NCBI GenBank assembly: GCA_963715985.1
Contig: CAVQSP010000013.1
Coordinates: forward strand, 544,001-608,000
From: an uncultured Thermoleophilia bacterium
GTDB lineage: Bacteria > Actinomycetota > Thermoleophilia > UBA2241
Length of the DNA: 64,000 bases
Direction of reading: 5' to 3'
A program made the position numbers and the translations under genes. Position 1 is the stretch's first letter; each line of letters starts with the position of its first letter. The notes beneath the pieces are model-generated. The model was not told where the DNA came from. It saw only the letters and a program-made list of their open reading frames with translations, and did not search any database. Shown here one piece after another: positions 19,536 to 30,065 of this stretch.

Positions 19536-19889
19536 ATGAGTGCAGAAGAGGCCGTCCACGATCTCTTGAGCTTCTCCACCGACACCCGCAGCGTGGCCGT
19601 TCTGGACGCTGCCGGTGAGGTGGTCGCGGCAGCCCCGGCGGCGGCTTCCGCTGCGCTCGCCGCCGCCGCCACAGGTCTCTGGGGCGCCGCGGAGGCGTGC
19701 GCCTCCGGGTCGAGCCAGTCGGCCCTGGACTACGTGGTGGTCCAGGACCCGGAGTACGGCGTGGCCATGCTGAGGGAGGGTGAGCGTTGCATCGTGGCGC
19801 TCACAGGGCCCAAGCCCGCCGTCGGGTTGTTGCTGTTCGACCTGCGCACCTGCCTGAGCGACGCCTATCCCCAGGAGGACGCCCGATGA
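19536..19889 (+). CDS. Roadblock/LC7-like protein
   Basis: Size and VGLLLFDLRTCL C-terminus. Confidence 0.55.
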   Translation: MSAEEAVHDLLSFSTDTRSVAVLDAAGEVVAAAPAAASAALAAAATGLWGAAEACASGSSQSALDYVVVQDPEYGVAMLREGERCIVALTGPKPAVGLLLFDLRTCLSDAYPQEDAR

Positions 19890-20101
19890 AGTTCCGCGTC
19901 CTCCTCATCGTCTTCGCGGTGCTCGCCCTGGCCGGCGCCGCAGTCTACGTGCAGCGCAAGCGCGCGGCCGACGCTCTCGCGCCTGTGCAGCTGGGCACTC
20001 AGGACGGCAGCTCCTTCGATCTGGCCGCCAAGGATCCGGGCGTGTCCGGCTTGCTGGCCGCGGCTGCCGACGTACGCCGCGCCTTCGAGGCGGGCGCTTG
20101 A
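19886..20101 (+). CDS. Small membrane-anchored hypothetical protein
   Basis: RBS, ATG overlapping upstream stop, hydrophobic N-terminus. Confidence 0.55.
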   Translation: MKFRVLLIVFAVLALAGAAVYVQRKRAADALAPVQLGTQDGSSFDLAAKDPGVSGLLAAAADVRRAFEAGA

Positions 20102-21501
20102 TGGACATCGCCGCCTTCGACACCGGCCTGCTGCAGGACACCCTCGCGCGCGCTCTTCACCGCGGCGGCGACTTCGCCGAGGTGTATGTGGAGGACCGCG
20201 ACACCCTCGGTCTGCGCCTCGAGGACGGCCGCATCGAGCAGACCAGCGGTGGCCGGGAGACCGGCGCCGCCGTGCGCCTGCTGGCCGGCGAGCGTACGTA
20301 CTACGCCTACAGCGACGCCCTGGACGAGGCCGGCCTTGCGGCCGCCGCCGATGCCGTTGCGGCCGCCGTGCGCGCCGGCGACGGCGGGGCCGACGTGGTG
20401 CACCTGGGCGCCGTGCGCAGCGCGCCCGGCGAGCACCCGGTGGTCATCCCACCGGACGGTGTGGCCATCGCGTGGAAGGCGGCCCTGGTGCGCGCCGGCG
20501 ACGAGGCCGCGCGCGAAGCCGGGGCGGAGATCGCCCAGGTCATCGTGGGCTACGGCGACACGCGCCAGAAGGTCCTCATCGCCAACTCGCTCGGCGAGCT
20601 CGTGTTCGACGACCGCACGCGTACACGGTACTCGGCCCAGGTCGTGGCCCGTCGCGGCGACGTCATCCAGACGGGCCACGAGACCGTGGGCGGCAGCGCC
20701 GGCTTCGAGCTCCTCGACGAGGCCGTCGCCGCGGCCACGGCCGCCGAGGCGGCCGCCAAGGCCATCACCATGCTCGACTCCCGGCCCGCCCCTGTGGGGG
20801 CCATGCCGGTGGTGCTCGGCAACGGGTTCGGCGGCACCCTCTTCCACGAGGCGTGCGGGCACGGGCTCGAGGCCGACGCCATCGCCAAGGGCGCCAGCAT
20901 CTACGCGGGCAAGCTCGGCGAGGTCGTGGCGGCGCCGCAGGTCAGCGCGTACGACGACGGGTCGCTGCGCAACGGCTGGGGCTCGCAGGCCTTCGACGAC
21001 GAGGGCGTGCCGACGCAGAAGACGCTGGTCATCGAGGACGGGCGTCTCACGGGCTACCTGTACGACCGTCTGCGTGCCCGTGAGGCGGGCGCGGCGCCCA
21101 CGGGCAACGGGCGCCGCCAGTCGTTCCGCCACGTGCCCATCCCGCGCATGACCACCACGTACATCGCGCCGGGCGACGCCACGGCCGAGGAGATCATCGC
21201 CGCGACGCCGCGCGGCTTCTACGCCAAGAGCCTCGCCGGAGGCCAGGTGGAGCCGGCGAGCGGCGCCTTCGTGTTCGGCGTCGCCGAGGGCTACCTCATC
21301 GAGGACGGCCGGCTCACCACGCCGCTGCGCGGCGCCACCCTGGTGGGCAACGGCATCGACATCCTCATGAAGATCGACATGATCGCCGGCGACTTCGAGG
21401 TGAAGACCGGCATCTGCGGCAAGGACGGCCAGGGTGTGCCAGTGGGCACGGGCCAGTCCACGCTGCGCATCGCCGAGATGACGGTGGGGGGGACGGGCTG
21501 A
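20101..21501 (+). CDS. tldD: TldD metalloprotease
   Basis: FHEACGHGLEAD, FDDEG, TGNGRRQS, PRMT, CGKDGQGVPV. Confidence 0.93.
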   Translation: MDIAAFDTGLLQDTLARALHRGGDFAEVYVEDRDTLGLRLEDGRIEQTSGGRETGAAVRLLAGERTYYAYSDALDEAGLAAAADAVAAAVRAGDGGADVVHLGAVRSAPGEHPVVIPPDGVAIAWKAALVRAGDEAAREAGAEIAQVIVGYGDTRQKVLIANSLGELVFDDRTRTRYSAQVVARRGDVIQTGHETVGGSAGFELLDEAVAAATAAEAAAKAITMLDSRPAPVGAMPVVLGNGFGGTLFHEACGHGLEADAIAKGASIYAGKLGEVVAAPQVSAYDDGSLRNGWGSQAFDDEGVPTQKTLVIEDGRLTGYLYDRLRAREAGAAPTGNGRRQSFRHVPIPRMTTTYIAPGDATAEEIIAATPRGFYAKSLAGGQVEPASGAFVFGVAEGYLIEDGRLTTPLRGATLVGNGIDILMKIDMIAGDFEVKTGICGKDGQGVPVGTGQSTLRIAEMTVGGTG

Positions 21502-22845
21502 TGTTCGACGTGCTCGACAGTGTGCTGGAGCGTGCCCGCGCGCAGGGCGTGAGCGACGTCGAGGTCTTCGCCGAGCGCTCCACGTCGCGCCGCATCAAGG
21601 TGTACAAGCAGGAGGTCGAACAGCTCACCGCGGCGCAGCGGCGCGGGGTGGGCGTGCGTGTGTTCGCGAGCGGAGCCGTCGGGCACGCCTACACCTCGGA
21701 TCTCAGCGCCGACGCGCTGGACGAGGTCGTGCGGCGTGCCGCCGCCAACGCGGCCGTCAGCGACCCGGACGAGTTCGCCGCCCTGCCGCAGCCCGGCGGC
21801 GAGCCTGCCGACGTCACGCCGTACGACGAGCGCCTGGCCGCGGCCACCGACGAGCAGCGCATCGAGCTCGCCCTCGCCGTGGAGGCGGCGGCCCTCGACG
21901 CCGACCCGCGCATCAAGACCGTGGAAGACACCATGTACGCCGACGGCGAGGGCGAGGTCTTCATCGCCAGCAGCGCCGGGGTGCGCGGCACGTACCGCGC
22001 CGACCAGTGCTACATCTTCGCCTACGCGCTCGCCGAGCAGGACGGCCAGGTGGAGACGGGCTACTCGTACTCCGTCGGGCGCGCCTTGGAGGACCTCGAC
22101 GCCGGCGCCTGCGGTCGCGAGGCCGCCGAGCGCGCCGTGCAGCTGCTCGGCGCCCGTACCTGCCCGTCCATGAAGGCGCCGGTGCTCCTGGACCCGTTCG
22201 TGGCGGCGGCGTTCTTCGGCGTGCTCAGCTCGGCGCTCACCGCCGACGCCGTGCAGAAGGGCCGCTCCCTGTTCGCCGGGCGCGAAGGCCAGAACGGTCG
22301 CCGGCGAGCTCCTCAGTCTGGTCGACGACGGCACGCTGGCCGACGGTCTGGACAGCGCTCCCTTCGACGGGGAGGGCACGCCCACGCGGCGCACGCCGCT
22401 CATCGGCGACGGCGGCGTGCTGCAGGGCTTCCTGTACGACACGTATACGGCGCGCAAGGCCGGCCGCGAGTCCACCGGCAACGGTGGTCGCGGCTCGTAC
22501 TCGAGCCTGCCCGGCGTCCACCCCACCAACCTCGTGGTCGGCGGGCCGGCCACGCCCGTGGCGGACATCCTCGCCGGCATCGAGCATGGCGTGCTGGTCA
22601 CCGATGCCGTGGGCGTGCACTCGGGCGCCAACCCCATCTCCGGCGAGTTCTCCGTGGGTATCGCCGGCGTGCTCATCGAGGGCGGCAAGCTCACGACGCC
22701 GGTGCACGAGGTCACGCTGGCCGGCGACATCATCGGCATGCTCACCAACATCAGGGCGCTCGGCGACGACGCGCGCTGGGTGCCCGGCGGCAGCATCCTC
22801 ACACCGTCGGTGCTCATGGACGGCATGGCCGTCAGCGGCACCTGA
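21501..22845 (+). CDS. pmbA: PmbA/TldE; frameshift near 22290
   Basis: VQKGRSLF, PFDGEG, STGNG, GANPISGEFS; follows tldD. Confidence 0.88.
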
Positions 22846-22905
22846 TACAGTCTCCCTGCGGGGCGCCGCGGTGCCCTGCTTCGGCACGACGGTGAAGGGA
22901 GCCGG

Positions 22906-23484
22906 GTGAGTAGCCACCATGGTCAAGCTGGCGAGCGGGGCGACGAAGACGCACCGCTCCGCGATCTCGGCGAGCGGCTGCTCGCGGCCAGCTACCTGGA
23001 GGGCGATTTCGTCCTCCGTTCAGGGCGCCGCAGCACGTTCTATCTGGACAAGTACCTCTTCTCCACGCAGCCGGACCTGCTGCGCGACATCGCCGCGGGG
23101 CTTGCGGCCAAGCTGCCGGCGCACGGGGAGTCCGACCTGCTCGCCGGCCCCGAGCTGGGTGCCGTGGCCATCGTCGCCGCGGTCTCGCTCGCCAGCGGCA
23201 AGCCGTTCGTCATCGTGCGCAAGGGCGCCAAGGGCTACGGCACCGACAAGGCCATGGAGGGCAGGGCCGAGCCCGGACAGCGTGTCATCATGATCGAGGA
23301 CGTGGTCACGTCGGGCGGCGCCGCTCTCATGGCCGTCGACAAGCTGCGCGAGGCCGGGCTCAGCATCGACACGCTGCTCTGCGTGGTGGATCGCGAAGAG
23401 GGCGGCCGCGAGCAGATCGAGGCCAAGGGGCTCACGTTCGACCCCCTGTTCACGGCCACCTCGCTGGGCATCAAGAAGCCCTGA
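22906..23484 (+). CDS. pyrE: Orotate phosphoribosyltransferase
   Basis: GDFVLRSGRRSTFYLD, VRKGAKGYG, IEDVVTSG. Confidence 0.92.
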   Translation: MSSHHGQAGERGDEDAPLRDLGERLLAASYLEGDFVLRSGRRSTFYLDKYLFSTQPDLLRDIAAGLAAKLPAHGESDLLAGPELGAVAIVAAVSLASGKPFVIVRKGAKGYGTDKAMEGRAEPGQRVIMIEDVVTSGGAALMAVDKLREAGLSIDTLLCVVDREEGGREQIEAKGLTFDPLFTATSLGIKKP

Positions 23485-23492
23485 GGTCTCAC

Positions 23493-23537
23493 GAGACGGG
23501 GCGGGGGCGGCGCGCAGCGCCGCCCCCGCCCCGTCTC
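23493..23537. terminator. Bidirectional hairpin between convergent genes
   Basis: GAGACGGGGCGGGGGCGGCG / CGCCGCCCCCGCCCCGTCTC inverted repeat. Confidence 0.75.
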
Positions 23538-24147
23538 ACTTCACCGTGAACGACTGGATCGCCGCGTCCAGCGCCGGGCTCAGCTCGTTCCACTTCTGTG
23601 TCCCCGCCTGACCGGTGAGCTCGTACTCGTCCTTGCCCGAGAACAGGAAGTACGTGGTGGCGGTGACCTCCGTGCCCTCCTGCGCGAACGTGTAGGAGAG
23701 CTTGAAGCCGGGGACCCCGTTCACCGTCGTGTCCGCCAGAGGGACGGTGACCGTGGCCGAATCCAGGCTGTCCATCATCTGCGTCACGACGCCGTCAACC
23801 TCCTCCCTCAAGCCCGGCACCTCGGACGCCTTCAGCTCTCTGGAGAGCTCGTAGACCGACACCAGGATGCCGTCCACGTACTTGCCGCCGATCTTGGTGC
23901 CGTTCGTGTCGACGAAGGCGATGTCGAAGACCGAACCGGCGCCGGTCTGGCTGCCTCCGCTCTGCGTGCCCTGGGTGAACATCGTGTCGTAGGTCAGGCT
24001 GAACCCGTAGTCGTCGTTGGTGTAGGTCTCGGTGCCCCCGCCCGGCGACGACCCGCCGGACGAGCCTCCGCTGCCGCTGCAGGCGGTGGCCGTCAGGGCG
24101 AGCGCCGCGAGCGCCAGGGCGACGGCCAGAGTCTTACGGATACTCAC
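23536..24147 (-). CDS. Lipoprotein (PsbP-like fold possible)
   Basis: Lipobox TATAC, Gly/Ser linker, YTNDDYGFSLTY. Confidence 0.7.
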   Translation of the reverse strand: MSIRKTLAVALALAALALTATACSGSGGSSGGSSPGGGTETYTNDDYGFSLTYDTMFTQGTQSGGSQTGAGSVFDIAFVDTNGTKIGGKYVDGILVSVYELSRELKASEVPGLREEVDGVVTQMMDSLDSATVTVPLADTTVNGVPGFKLSYTFAQEGTEVTATTYFLFSGKDEYELTGQAGTQKWNELSPALDAAIQSFTVK

Positions 24148-24175
24148 CGTGCCTCCTTGTCGGTTGCTTCCGGGG

Positions 24176-25648
24176 TCAGACGACCACGCGCAGGGAGCGC
24201 AGCGAGCGGTCTTCGGGGCCGTGGACTTTGAGGCTCGTCGCCGATCCCTCCTGCAGGTAGGCGACGATCTCCGCGGAGATCTCCTCGCCGGGACCCAGCA
24301 CGGGGATACCCGGCGGGTACGGGGTCACCATCTCGGCGCTCACGTGGCCGGTGCACTCGGCCAGGGGCAGGGCCCGCGACGGCGCGAAGAAGGCGTCGCG
24401 AGGCGACAGCACCTGGCGGGTGAAGGCCGGCGTGTGGGCGAGGAGGCCGGCGCAGGCGGCGCCGTCGCCGCCGGCCCCACCGGCGTAACGGGCCGCGTAG
24501 TCGCGCAGGGCGGCCACGAGGCGCTCGAGGTCGGCGTGCGAATCACCGTAGGTCACGTTGAGCACCACGTTCAGGGCGTCGGCGGCCTCCACGGCGATCC
24601 TGTAGTCGTCCCGCAGGATGGTCTCGAGCTCGTAGCCGCTGTGCCCGAGCTCGCAGGCGGAGATCGTCAGGCGCGTGGGGTCGAAGGAGGCCACCTGCCA
24701 GCGCTCCACGAAGTCCCGGCCCAGGCAACGCACGCCGGGCAGGGCGTCGATCCGGGCGCGGGCCCACTCTGCGAGCTCCACCGCGCCCCGCCACAGCTCC
24801 TCGCCACGCGTGGCCATCTGCTGGCGCGCCGCGTCGATGCTGGCGTACATCAGCACCTGCGGGCTGGTGCTCTGCGTCATGTGGACCATGCCGTCCAGGC
24901 GCGCCAGGTTGACACGCGCGGCGCGCGCCATGAGTACCGAGGACTGGGTGATGCCGCTGATGAGCTTGTGCGTGCTCACCACGGCGGCGTCCGCTCCGGC
25001 GGTCATGGCGTCCACCGGCAGCTCGCCGCAGAAGCGCAGATGCGGCCCCCAGGCCTGGTCCGTGACGAACGGGATGCCGGCCGCGTGCGCGGCCGCCGCG
25101 ACCGCGGCGAGGTCCGTGCCCAGCCCGTTGTACGTAGGCGATGTGACGAAGACGGCCTTGGCCTGCGGATGCGCGGCCAGGACCCGCTGCGCGTGGCCGG
25201 AGTCGACGCTCAGCGGGATGCCCCACCGGGGGTCCACCGCCGGCTCCACGTACACCGGCGTGGCGCCGGAGAAGATCAGCCCAGCGAGCATCGACTTGTG
25301 CGCGTTGCGCGGGATGACCACCGTGTCGCCCGGCCCGCAGAGCGTGAGGACCAGGGCGTGGATACCGCTCGTGGAGCCGTTGACGAGGAACCAGCAGCGG
25401 TCGGCGCCCCACGCCTCGGCCGCGTACTCCTCGGCGAGGCGGATGAGGTGCGTGGACTCCCGCGTGTCCTCCACGCCGCCCGCCATGGCGGTGTCCACGC
25501 GCAGGCAGGTGTCGCCGAGGAGTTCCCGCAGGCCGGCCGGCGCGCCTTTGCCGTCCTTGTGGCCGGGGGTATGGAACGACGTGGACGCGGTGTCGCGGTA
25601 GCGCAGCACCGCGTCCACGTACGGCGTGTCGCGCTGGTCGCGCTTCAT
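24176..25648 (-). CDS. Arginine/lysine/ornithine decarboxylase (PLP, fold type I)
   Basis: FHTPGHK, LVNGSTSG, PRNAHKS, STHK, STSP, PYPPGIP. Confidence 0.9.
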   Translation of the reverse strand: MKRDQRDTPYVDAVLRYRDTASTSFHTPGHKDGKGAPAGLRELLGDTCLRVDTAMAGGVEDTRESTHLIRLAEEYAAEAWGADRCWFLVNGSTSGIHALVLTLCGPGDTVVIPRNAHKSMLAGLIFSGATPVYVEPAVDPRWGIPLSVDSGHAQRVLAAHPQAKAVFVTSPTYNGLGTDLAAVAAAAHAAGIPFVTDQAWGPHLRFCGELPVDAMTAGADAAVVSTHKLISGITQSSVLMARAARVNLARLDGMVHMTQSTSPQVLMYASIDAARQQMATRGEELWRGAVELAEWARARIDALPGVRCLGRDFVERWQVASFDPTRLTISACELGHSGYELETILRDDYRIAVEAADALNVVLNVTYGDSHADLERLVAALRDYAARYAGGAGGDGAACAGLLAHTPAFTRQVLSPRDAFFAPSRALPLAECTGHVSAEMVTPYPPGIPVLGPGEEISAEIVAYLQEGSATSLKVHGPEDRSLRSLRVVV

Positions 25649-25824
25649 GCGCGTCCGCGTGCGCGCGCGCACGCGAGCGGCGGAAGGAGCGACGGGTCGG
25701 CGGGGCGCGGCGACATCGCCGCGACTCTACCGGACGGCCCGGAGAGGGACAAGCATGCTGATGATAGACTGAACCCGTTTTGCAGGGGATTCGAGGCCTT
25801 CGAGGAGCAAACATCAACCTTGAC

Positions 25825-27306
25825 TTGACAGTGAGAGTCAGGTTCGCGCCGAGTCCGACGGGCACGCTGCACATCGGCTCCGCGCGCACCGCGCTGTTCA
25901 ACTACCTGTACGCGCGGCACTGCGGCGGGGCGTTCGTGCTGCGCGTCGACGACACGGATGCCGGACGCTCCGAGGACCGTCACGAGGAGGCCATCCTCGA
26001 GGACCTCCGCTGGCTGGGGCTGGACTGGGACGAGGGGCCCGGCGCCGGCGGCGACTACGGGCCATACCGCCAGAGCGAGCGCCTCGAGGGCTACCGCGCG
26101 GCGGCGCGGGAGCTGCTCGCGGCCGGGCACGCCTATCGGTGCTTCTGCCCCGAGGAGCGCCTCAAGGAGCTGCGCGCGGCGGCGCTGGCCGAGGGCCGCA
26201 CGCCGCGCTACGACCGCCGCTGCCTGCGCCTCACGCAGGAGGAAGTGGAGGCGCGTGTGGCCGCCGGCGAGCCGGCGGCCCTGCGCTTCCTCGTGCCCGC
26301 CGGCGACATCACGGTCGAGGACCTCATCCGCGGACCCGTGGTGGTCGGCGACGGCGCCGTCGGCGACTTCATCATCGTGCGCTCCGACGGCGTGGCCGGC
26401 TACAACTTCGCCACCGTGGTGGACGACCGCGACATGCGCATCACGCACGTCATCCGCGGCGACGACCACCTCACCAACACGGCCCGGCAGGTGCTGCTGT
26501 TCCGCGCTCTCGGCGCGCCGCTGCCGGCGTTCGCCCACCACTCCATGGTGCTGGGCGCCGAGGGCGGCAAGCTCAGCAAGCGGCACGGCGCCGCCTCGGT
26601 CGGCGACTTCCGCGAGCTCGGCTACCTGCCGCAGGCGCTCGTCAACTACCTCGCCCTGCTGAGCTGGTCGCACGGGGAGGAGGAGGTCCTGGGTATGGAC
26701 CGCCTCGTCGAGGAGTTCGAGGTGGAGAAGCTCTCGCCGAGCGCGGTGGTCTTCGACCAGGCCAAGCTCGACTGGCTGGATCACGAGCACATCATGGGTC
26801 TCGCGCCGGAGGTGCACGAGGCCCTCTTCGCGGAGCGCCTGCCGGCCGGGACGCCGCCAGAAGCGGCGGCGGCGCTGGCGGCGGCGTTCCAGCCGTCGCT
26901 CGTCGCCTACGGCCAGGCGCCGGCCCTCGCCGCCGCCGTCCTCGACGAGCCGGTCGTGCCGCCGGAGCTGGCTCCTGCTCTGCCGGCGGCCGCCCGGCAG
27001 CTCTCGGTCTTCCGCGACCTGCGGGCCGCGACGGCGGGGTGGCTCACGCCGCCCGCCGCCCGCGAGCTCCTGGCCGCGTATCGCGCCTGGGGCAAGGAGG
27101 CGGGCATCGGCGCCCGCGACCTGCTCATGCCCCTGCGCATCGCCCTCACCGGCGCCGAGCACGGGCCTGAGCTGCCCTTCGTCCTCGCCGCTCTTCACCG
27201 CGACGAGACGCTCCGCCGTCTCGACCCCTACCTCACGGGAGCGACCGACACCAGCGCCGGGAACGTAGCCGGCGAGCCCACGACGACCCAGGGAGATTCA
27301 CCGTGA
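25825..27306 (+). CDS. gltX: Glutamate--tRNA ligase
   Basis: RVRFAPSPTGTLHIG, ITHVIRGDDH, KLSKR. Confidence 0.95.
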   Translation: MTVRVRFAPSPTGTLHIGSARTALFNYLYARHCGGAFVLRVDDTDAGRSEDRHEEAILEDLRWLGLDWDEGPGAGGDYGPYRQSERLEGYRAAARELLAAGHAYRCFCPEERLKELRAAALAEGRTPRYDRRCLRLTQEEVEARVAAGEPAALRFLVPAGDITVEDLIRGPVVVGDGAVGDFIIVRSDGVAGYNFATVVDDRDMRITHVIRGDDHLTNTARQVLLFRALGAPLPAFAHHSMVLGAEGGKLSKRHGAASVGDFRELGYLPQALVNYLALLSWSHGEEEVLGMDRLVEEFEVEKLSPSAVVFDQAKLDWLDHEHIMGLAPEVHEALFAERLPAGTPPEAAAALAAAFQPSLVAYGQAPALAAAVLDEPVVPPELAPALPAAARQLSVFRDLRAATAGWLTPPAARELLAAYRAWGKEAGIGARDLLMPLRIALTGAEHGPELPFVLAALHRDETLRRLDPYLTGATDTSAGNVAGEPTTTQGDSP

Positions 27307-28853
27307 TCCGCCTCTTCAACTCGCTCACCCAGCAGAAGGAGCCCTTCGAGCCCCGCGACCCCGGCAAGGCCGGCGTCTACTGCTGCGGCCCCACGGTCTA
27401 CAACCTGGTGCACGTGGGCAACGCCCGTCCCTACGTCACCTTTGCGGTGCTTCGCGCCTGGCTGGCCCACCGCGGTCTCGACGTCAAGCTCGTCACCAAC
27501 ATCACCGACGTGGACGACAAGATCATCGCCAAGGCCAACGCCGAAGGGCGCGACTCCGCCGACCTTGCCGCGGAGTACACGGCGGCCTACGTGGAGGACA
27601 CCGACCGCCTGGGCATCCCGCGCCCCGACCTCGAGCCTCTCGCGACCCAGACCATCCCCGAGATCATCGACCTCGTCTGCCAGCTGATCGGCTCCGACCA
27701 CGCCTACCCTGCGCACGGCAGCGTGTACTTCCGCGTGCGCAGCTTCGACGGCTACGGCAAGCTCAGCGGGCAGCGCATCGACGAGCTCGCCGAGGGTGTG
27801 CGCGTGGACAACGAGCCCGGCAAGGCCGACCCGCTGGACTTCGCGGTGTGGAAGGCGGCCAAACCGGGCGAGCCCGCCTGGGACAGCCCGTGGGGTATGG
27901 GGCGCCCGGGCTGGCACATCGAGTGCTCCGCCATGGGTCTGCGCTACCTGGGCGCCGGGTTCGACGTGCACGGCGGCGGCCGCGACCTCATCTTCCCGCA
28001 TCACGAGAACGAGATCGCCCAGGCCGAGGCCGCCGGGCTGCCGTTCGCGCGCGTGTGGATGCACAACGGCATGATCCGCAGCGAGGGCGAGAAGATGGCC
28101 AAGAGCGTGGGCAACATCTTCCTGTTGCGCGAGGTGCTCGACAGGTACGAGCCTGCGACCGTGCTCATGTACTTCCTCACCACGCACTACCGCAGCCCGC
28201 TGGAGTTCTCCACCGACAAGCTGGATGAGGCCAAAGCCGCGTACACGCGGCTCGTCGATGCGCTGGCGGACTTCGAGTTCCGCATCGAGAACGCCGCCCG
28301 GGCCGCGCGGCAGGGCGAGTGGCCGGATCTCTCGCTGCGCGCGGAGGCCGCGCGCCTGCGCTTCAGCGAGCACATGGACGACGATCTGAACACGGCCGGC
28401 GCCCTGGGCGAGCTGTTCGCCCTGGCGTCAGAGACGCGGCGCTATCTGGCCGGCGTGGACCGCGGCGAGGCGCCGCTGGACGCCGAGGCGCTGGCCCTGG
28501 TATGTGAGGTGATCCGCGAGTCGCTCGGCGTACTGCTCGTCCCGCTGCCCGCCTCGGCCGTGACCACCACGTCGGCCGGCAACGTGCCCGGAGAGGGCGC
28601 GGAGGCCTGCGCCACCGGTGTCGTGGCCCTGGCTCCGGCGGCTCGTCTGGCGGAGGAAGAGCGCTGGGACGACGTGGCGCTCGTGTACGAGGACCGGCTC
28701 GCGTGCGGCGACGCGTCGTACGCGTGCGTGCTGCGCGACCACCTGCGTACCGCCAAGGATTGGGCGGGCGCCGACCGTGTGCGCGACGAGCTGCAGGCGG
28801 CCGGCTTCGACGTCCGCGACACGCCGCAGGGCACGCAGGTGGTGCGCCGTTGA
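27303..28853 (+). CDS. cysS: Cysteine--tRNA ligase with C-terminal insertion
   Basis: CGPTVY..HVGN, GRPGWHIECS, HGGGRDLIFPHHENE, KMAKS. Confidence 0.95.
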   Translation: MIRLFNSLTQQKEPFEPRDPGKAGVYCCGPTVYNLVHVGNARPYVTFAVLRAWLAHRGLDVKLVTNITDVDDKIIAKANAEGRDSADLAAEYTAAYVEDTDRLGIPRPDLEPLATQTIPEIIDLVCQLIGSDHAYPAHGSVYFRVRSFDGYGKLSGQRIDELAEGVRVDNEPGKADPLDFAVWKAAKPGEPAWDSPWGMGRPGWHIECSAMGLRYLGAGFDVHGGGRDLIFPHHENEIAQAEAAGLPFARVWMHNGMIRSEGEKMAKSVGNIFLLREVLDRYEPATVLMYFLTTHYRSPLEFSTDKLDEAKAAYTRLVDALADFEFRIENAARAARQGEWPDLSLRAEAARLRFSEHMDDDLNTAGALGELFALASETRRYLAGVDRGEAPLDAEALALVCEVIRESLGVLLVPLPASAVTTTSAGNVPGEGAEACATGVVALAPAARLAEEERWDDVALVYEDRLACGDASYACVLRDHLRTAKDWAGADRVRDELQAAGFDVRDTPQGTQVVRR

Positions 28854-28866
28854 GCGGCGGTCGAGG

Positions 28867-29274
28867 CTAGGAGAAGACGAACGACGTGAGCAGCGCCACC
28901 GACCCGATCATGCCGCCTGCCACCGCGGCCACGGTGGAGGCTCCGCCCAGGCGGGCGGCCCGCCCGCCTGCGGCGGCCGCGCTCGTGCCGCGCAGCGCGA
29001 CGAGTGCGAGCACAGCCAGGACCGCGGCGGCGCCTTCTACTGCGGCGGCAACGGCCGAGAGCGCCCCGCCGCGGCCGCCGTGCATGACGGCGAGCGGCAA
29101 CAGCTCGAGCAGCGGACCGATGACGATGGCCAGGGTGAGCGCGTACCGCAGGCGCGGCCGCCGGCCGGCCAGCACGGCCGCCGCGAGCACGAGCAGCGGC
29201 GAGACGACCGTCCACCAGAACAGGACGGACACGCTCGTGGCGGCGAACCACTCCGCTGTTCCGGCGACGACCAT
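28867..29274 (-). CDS. Small integral membrane hypothetical protein
   Basis: About four hydrophobic segments; antisense insert between cysS and rlmB. Confidence 0.5.
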   Translation of the reverse strand: MVVAGTAEWFAATSVSVLFWWTVVSPLLVLAAAVLAGRRPRLRYALTLAIVIGPLLELLPLAVMHGGRGGALSAVAAAVEGAAAVLAVLALVALRGTSAAAAGGRAARLGGASTVAAVAGGMIGSVALLTSFVFS

Positions 29275-29336
29275 GCGGGCACCATACCCGCGGCCGCGTC
29301 CGGGCACCCTTTCACGCGTCGCCGGCCGGTGACGTA

Positions 29337-30065
29337 GTGGACTGGATCTACGGGCGCAACGTCGTCGAGCTCGCCCTGAGCCCCGGCGCCCGGCGCCGCG
29401 CCGGCCGGCTCGCCGTCACGGCGGCGGCGCTCAAGAAGCTTCAGCCTGTGCTCCCCTCCGGCCTGACGGTCGAGACCGTGGATGCGCACACCCTCGACGA
29501 GCTCACCGGCACGCGCGAGCACCAGGGCGCGGCGCTCCAGGTGGAGGCGTTCCCCTACGCATCGTCTGACGTGGTGCTCCAGGCCGAGCTCGTGGTCGTC
29601 CTCGACGAGGTCACGGACCCTCACAACCTCGGCGCCGTGGCCAGGAGCGCGCTGGCGGCGGGCGCCGGGGGGCTGGTGGTGCCCCGGCACCGGGCGGCGG
29701 CGGTCACGCCGGCCGCCGTCAAGGCCTCCGCCGGCACGCTCGAACACCTCCCCGTCGCTCAGGTCACGAACGTGGTGGCATTCCTCAAGGAGGCGCAGAA
29801 GGCCGGCTTCTGGGTGTACGGGGCCGCCGGCGAGGCGCGCGGCAGCTACCTCGATCTCGACCTCACGGGCCGCGTGGTGCTCGTCTTCGGCGCCGAAGGC
29901 CGCGGGCTGCGGCCGCTCGTGGCGCGCGGCTGCGACGTGCTCGCCGCCATCCCGCTCGCGGCACCGGTCGAGAGCCTCAACGTGAGCGTTGCGGCGGCGA
30001 TCTTCCTCTTCGAGGCTCGCCGCCAGCGTGCGGCCGCGGCCGGGGGGGCAGAGGGGGCGTCGTGA
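29337..30065 (+). CDS. rlmB: 23S rRNA Gm2251 2'-O-methyltransferase
   Basis: DEVTDPHNLGA, GAEGRG, ESLNVSVA. Confidence 0.92.
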   Translation: MDWIYGRNVVELALSPGARRRAGRLAVTAAALKKLQPVLPSGLTVETVDAHTLDELTGTREHQGAALQVEAFPYASSDVVLQAELVVVLDEVTDPHNLGAVARSALAAGAGGLVVPRHRAAAVTPAAVKASAGTLEHLPVAQVTNVVAFLKEAQKAGFWVYGAAGEARGSYLDLDLTGRVVLVFGAEGRGLRPLVARGCDVLAAIPLAAPVESLNVSVAAAIFLFEARRQRAAAAGGAEGAS

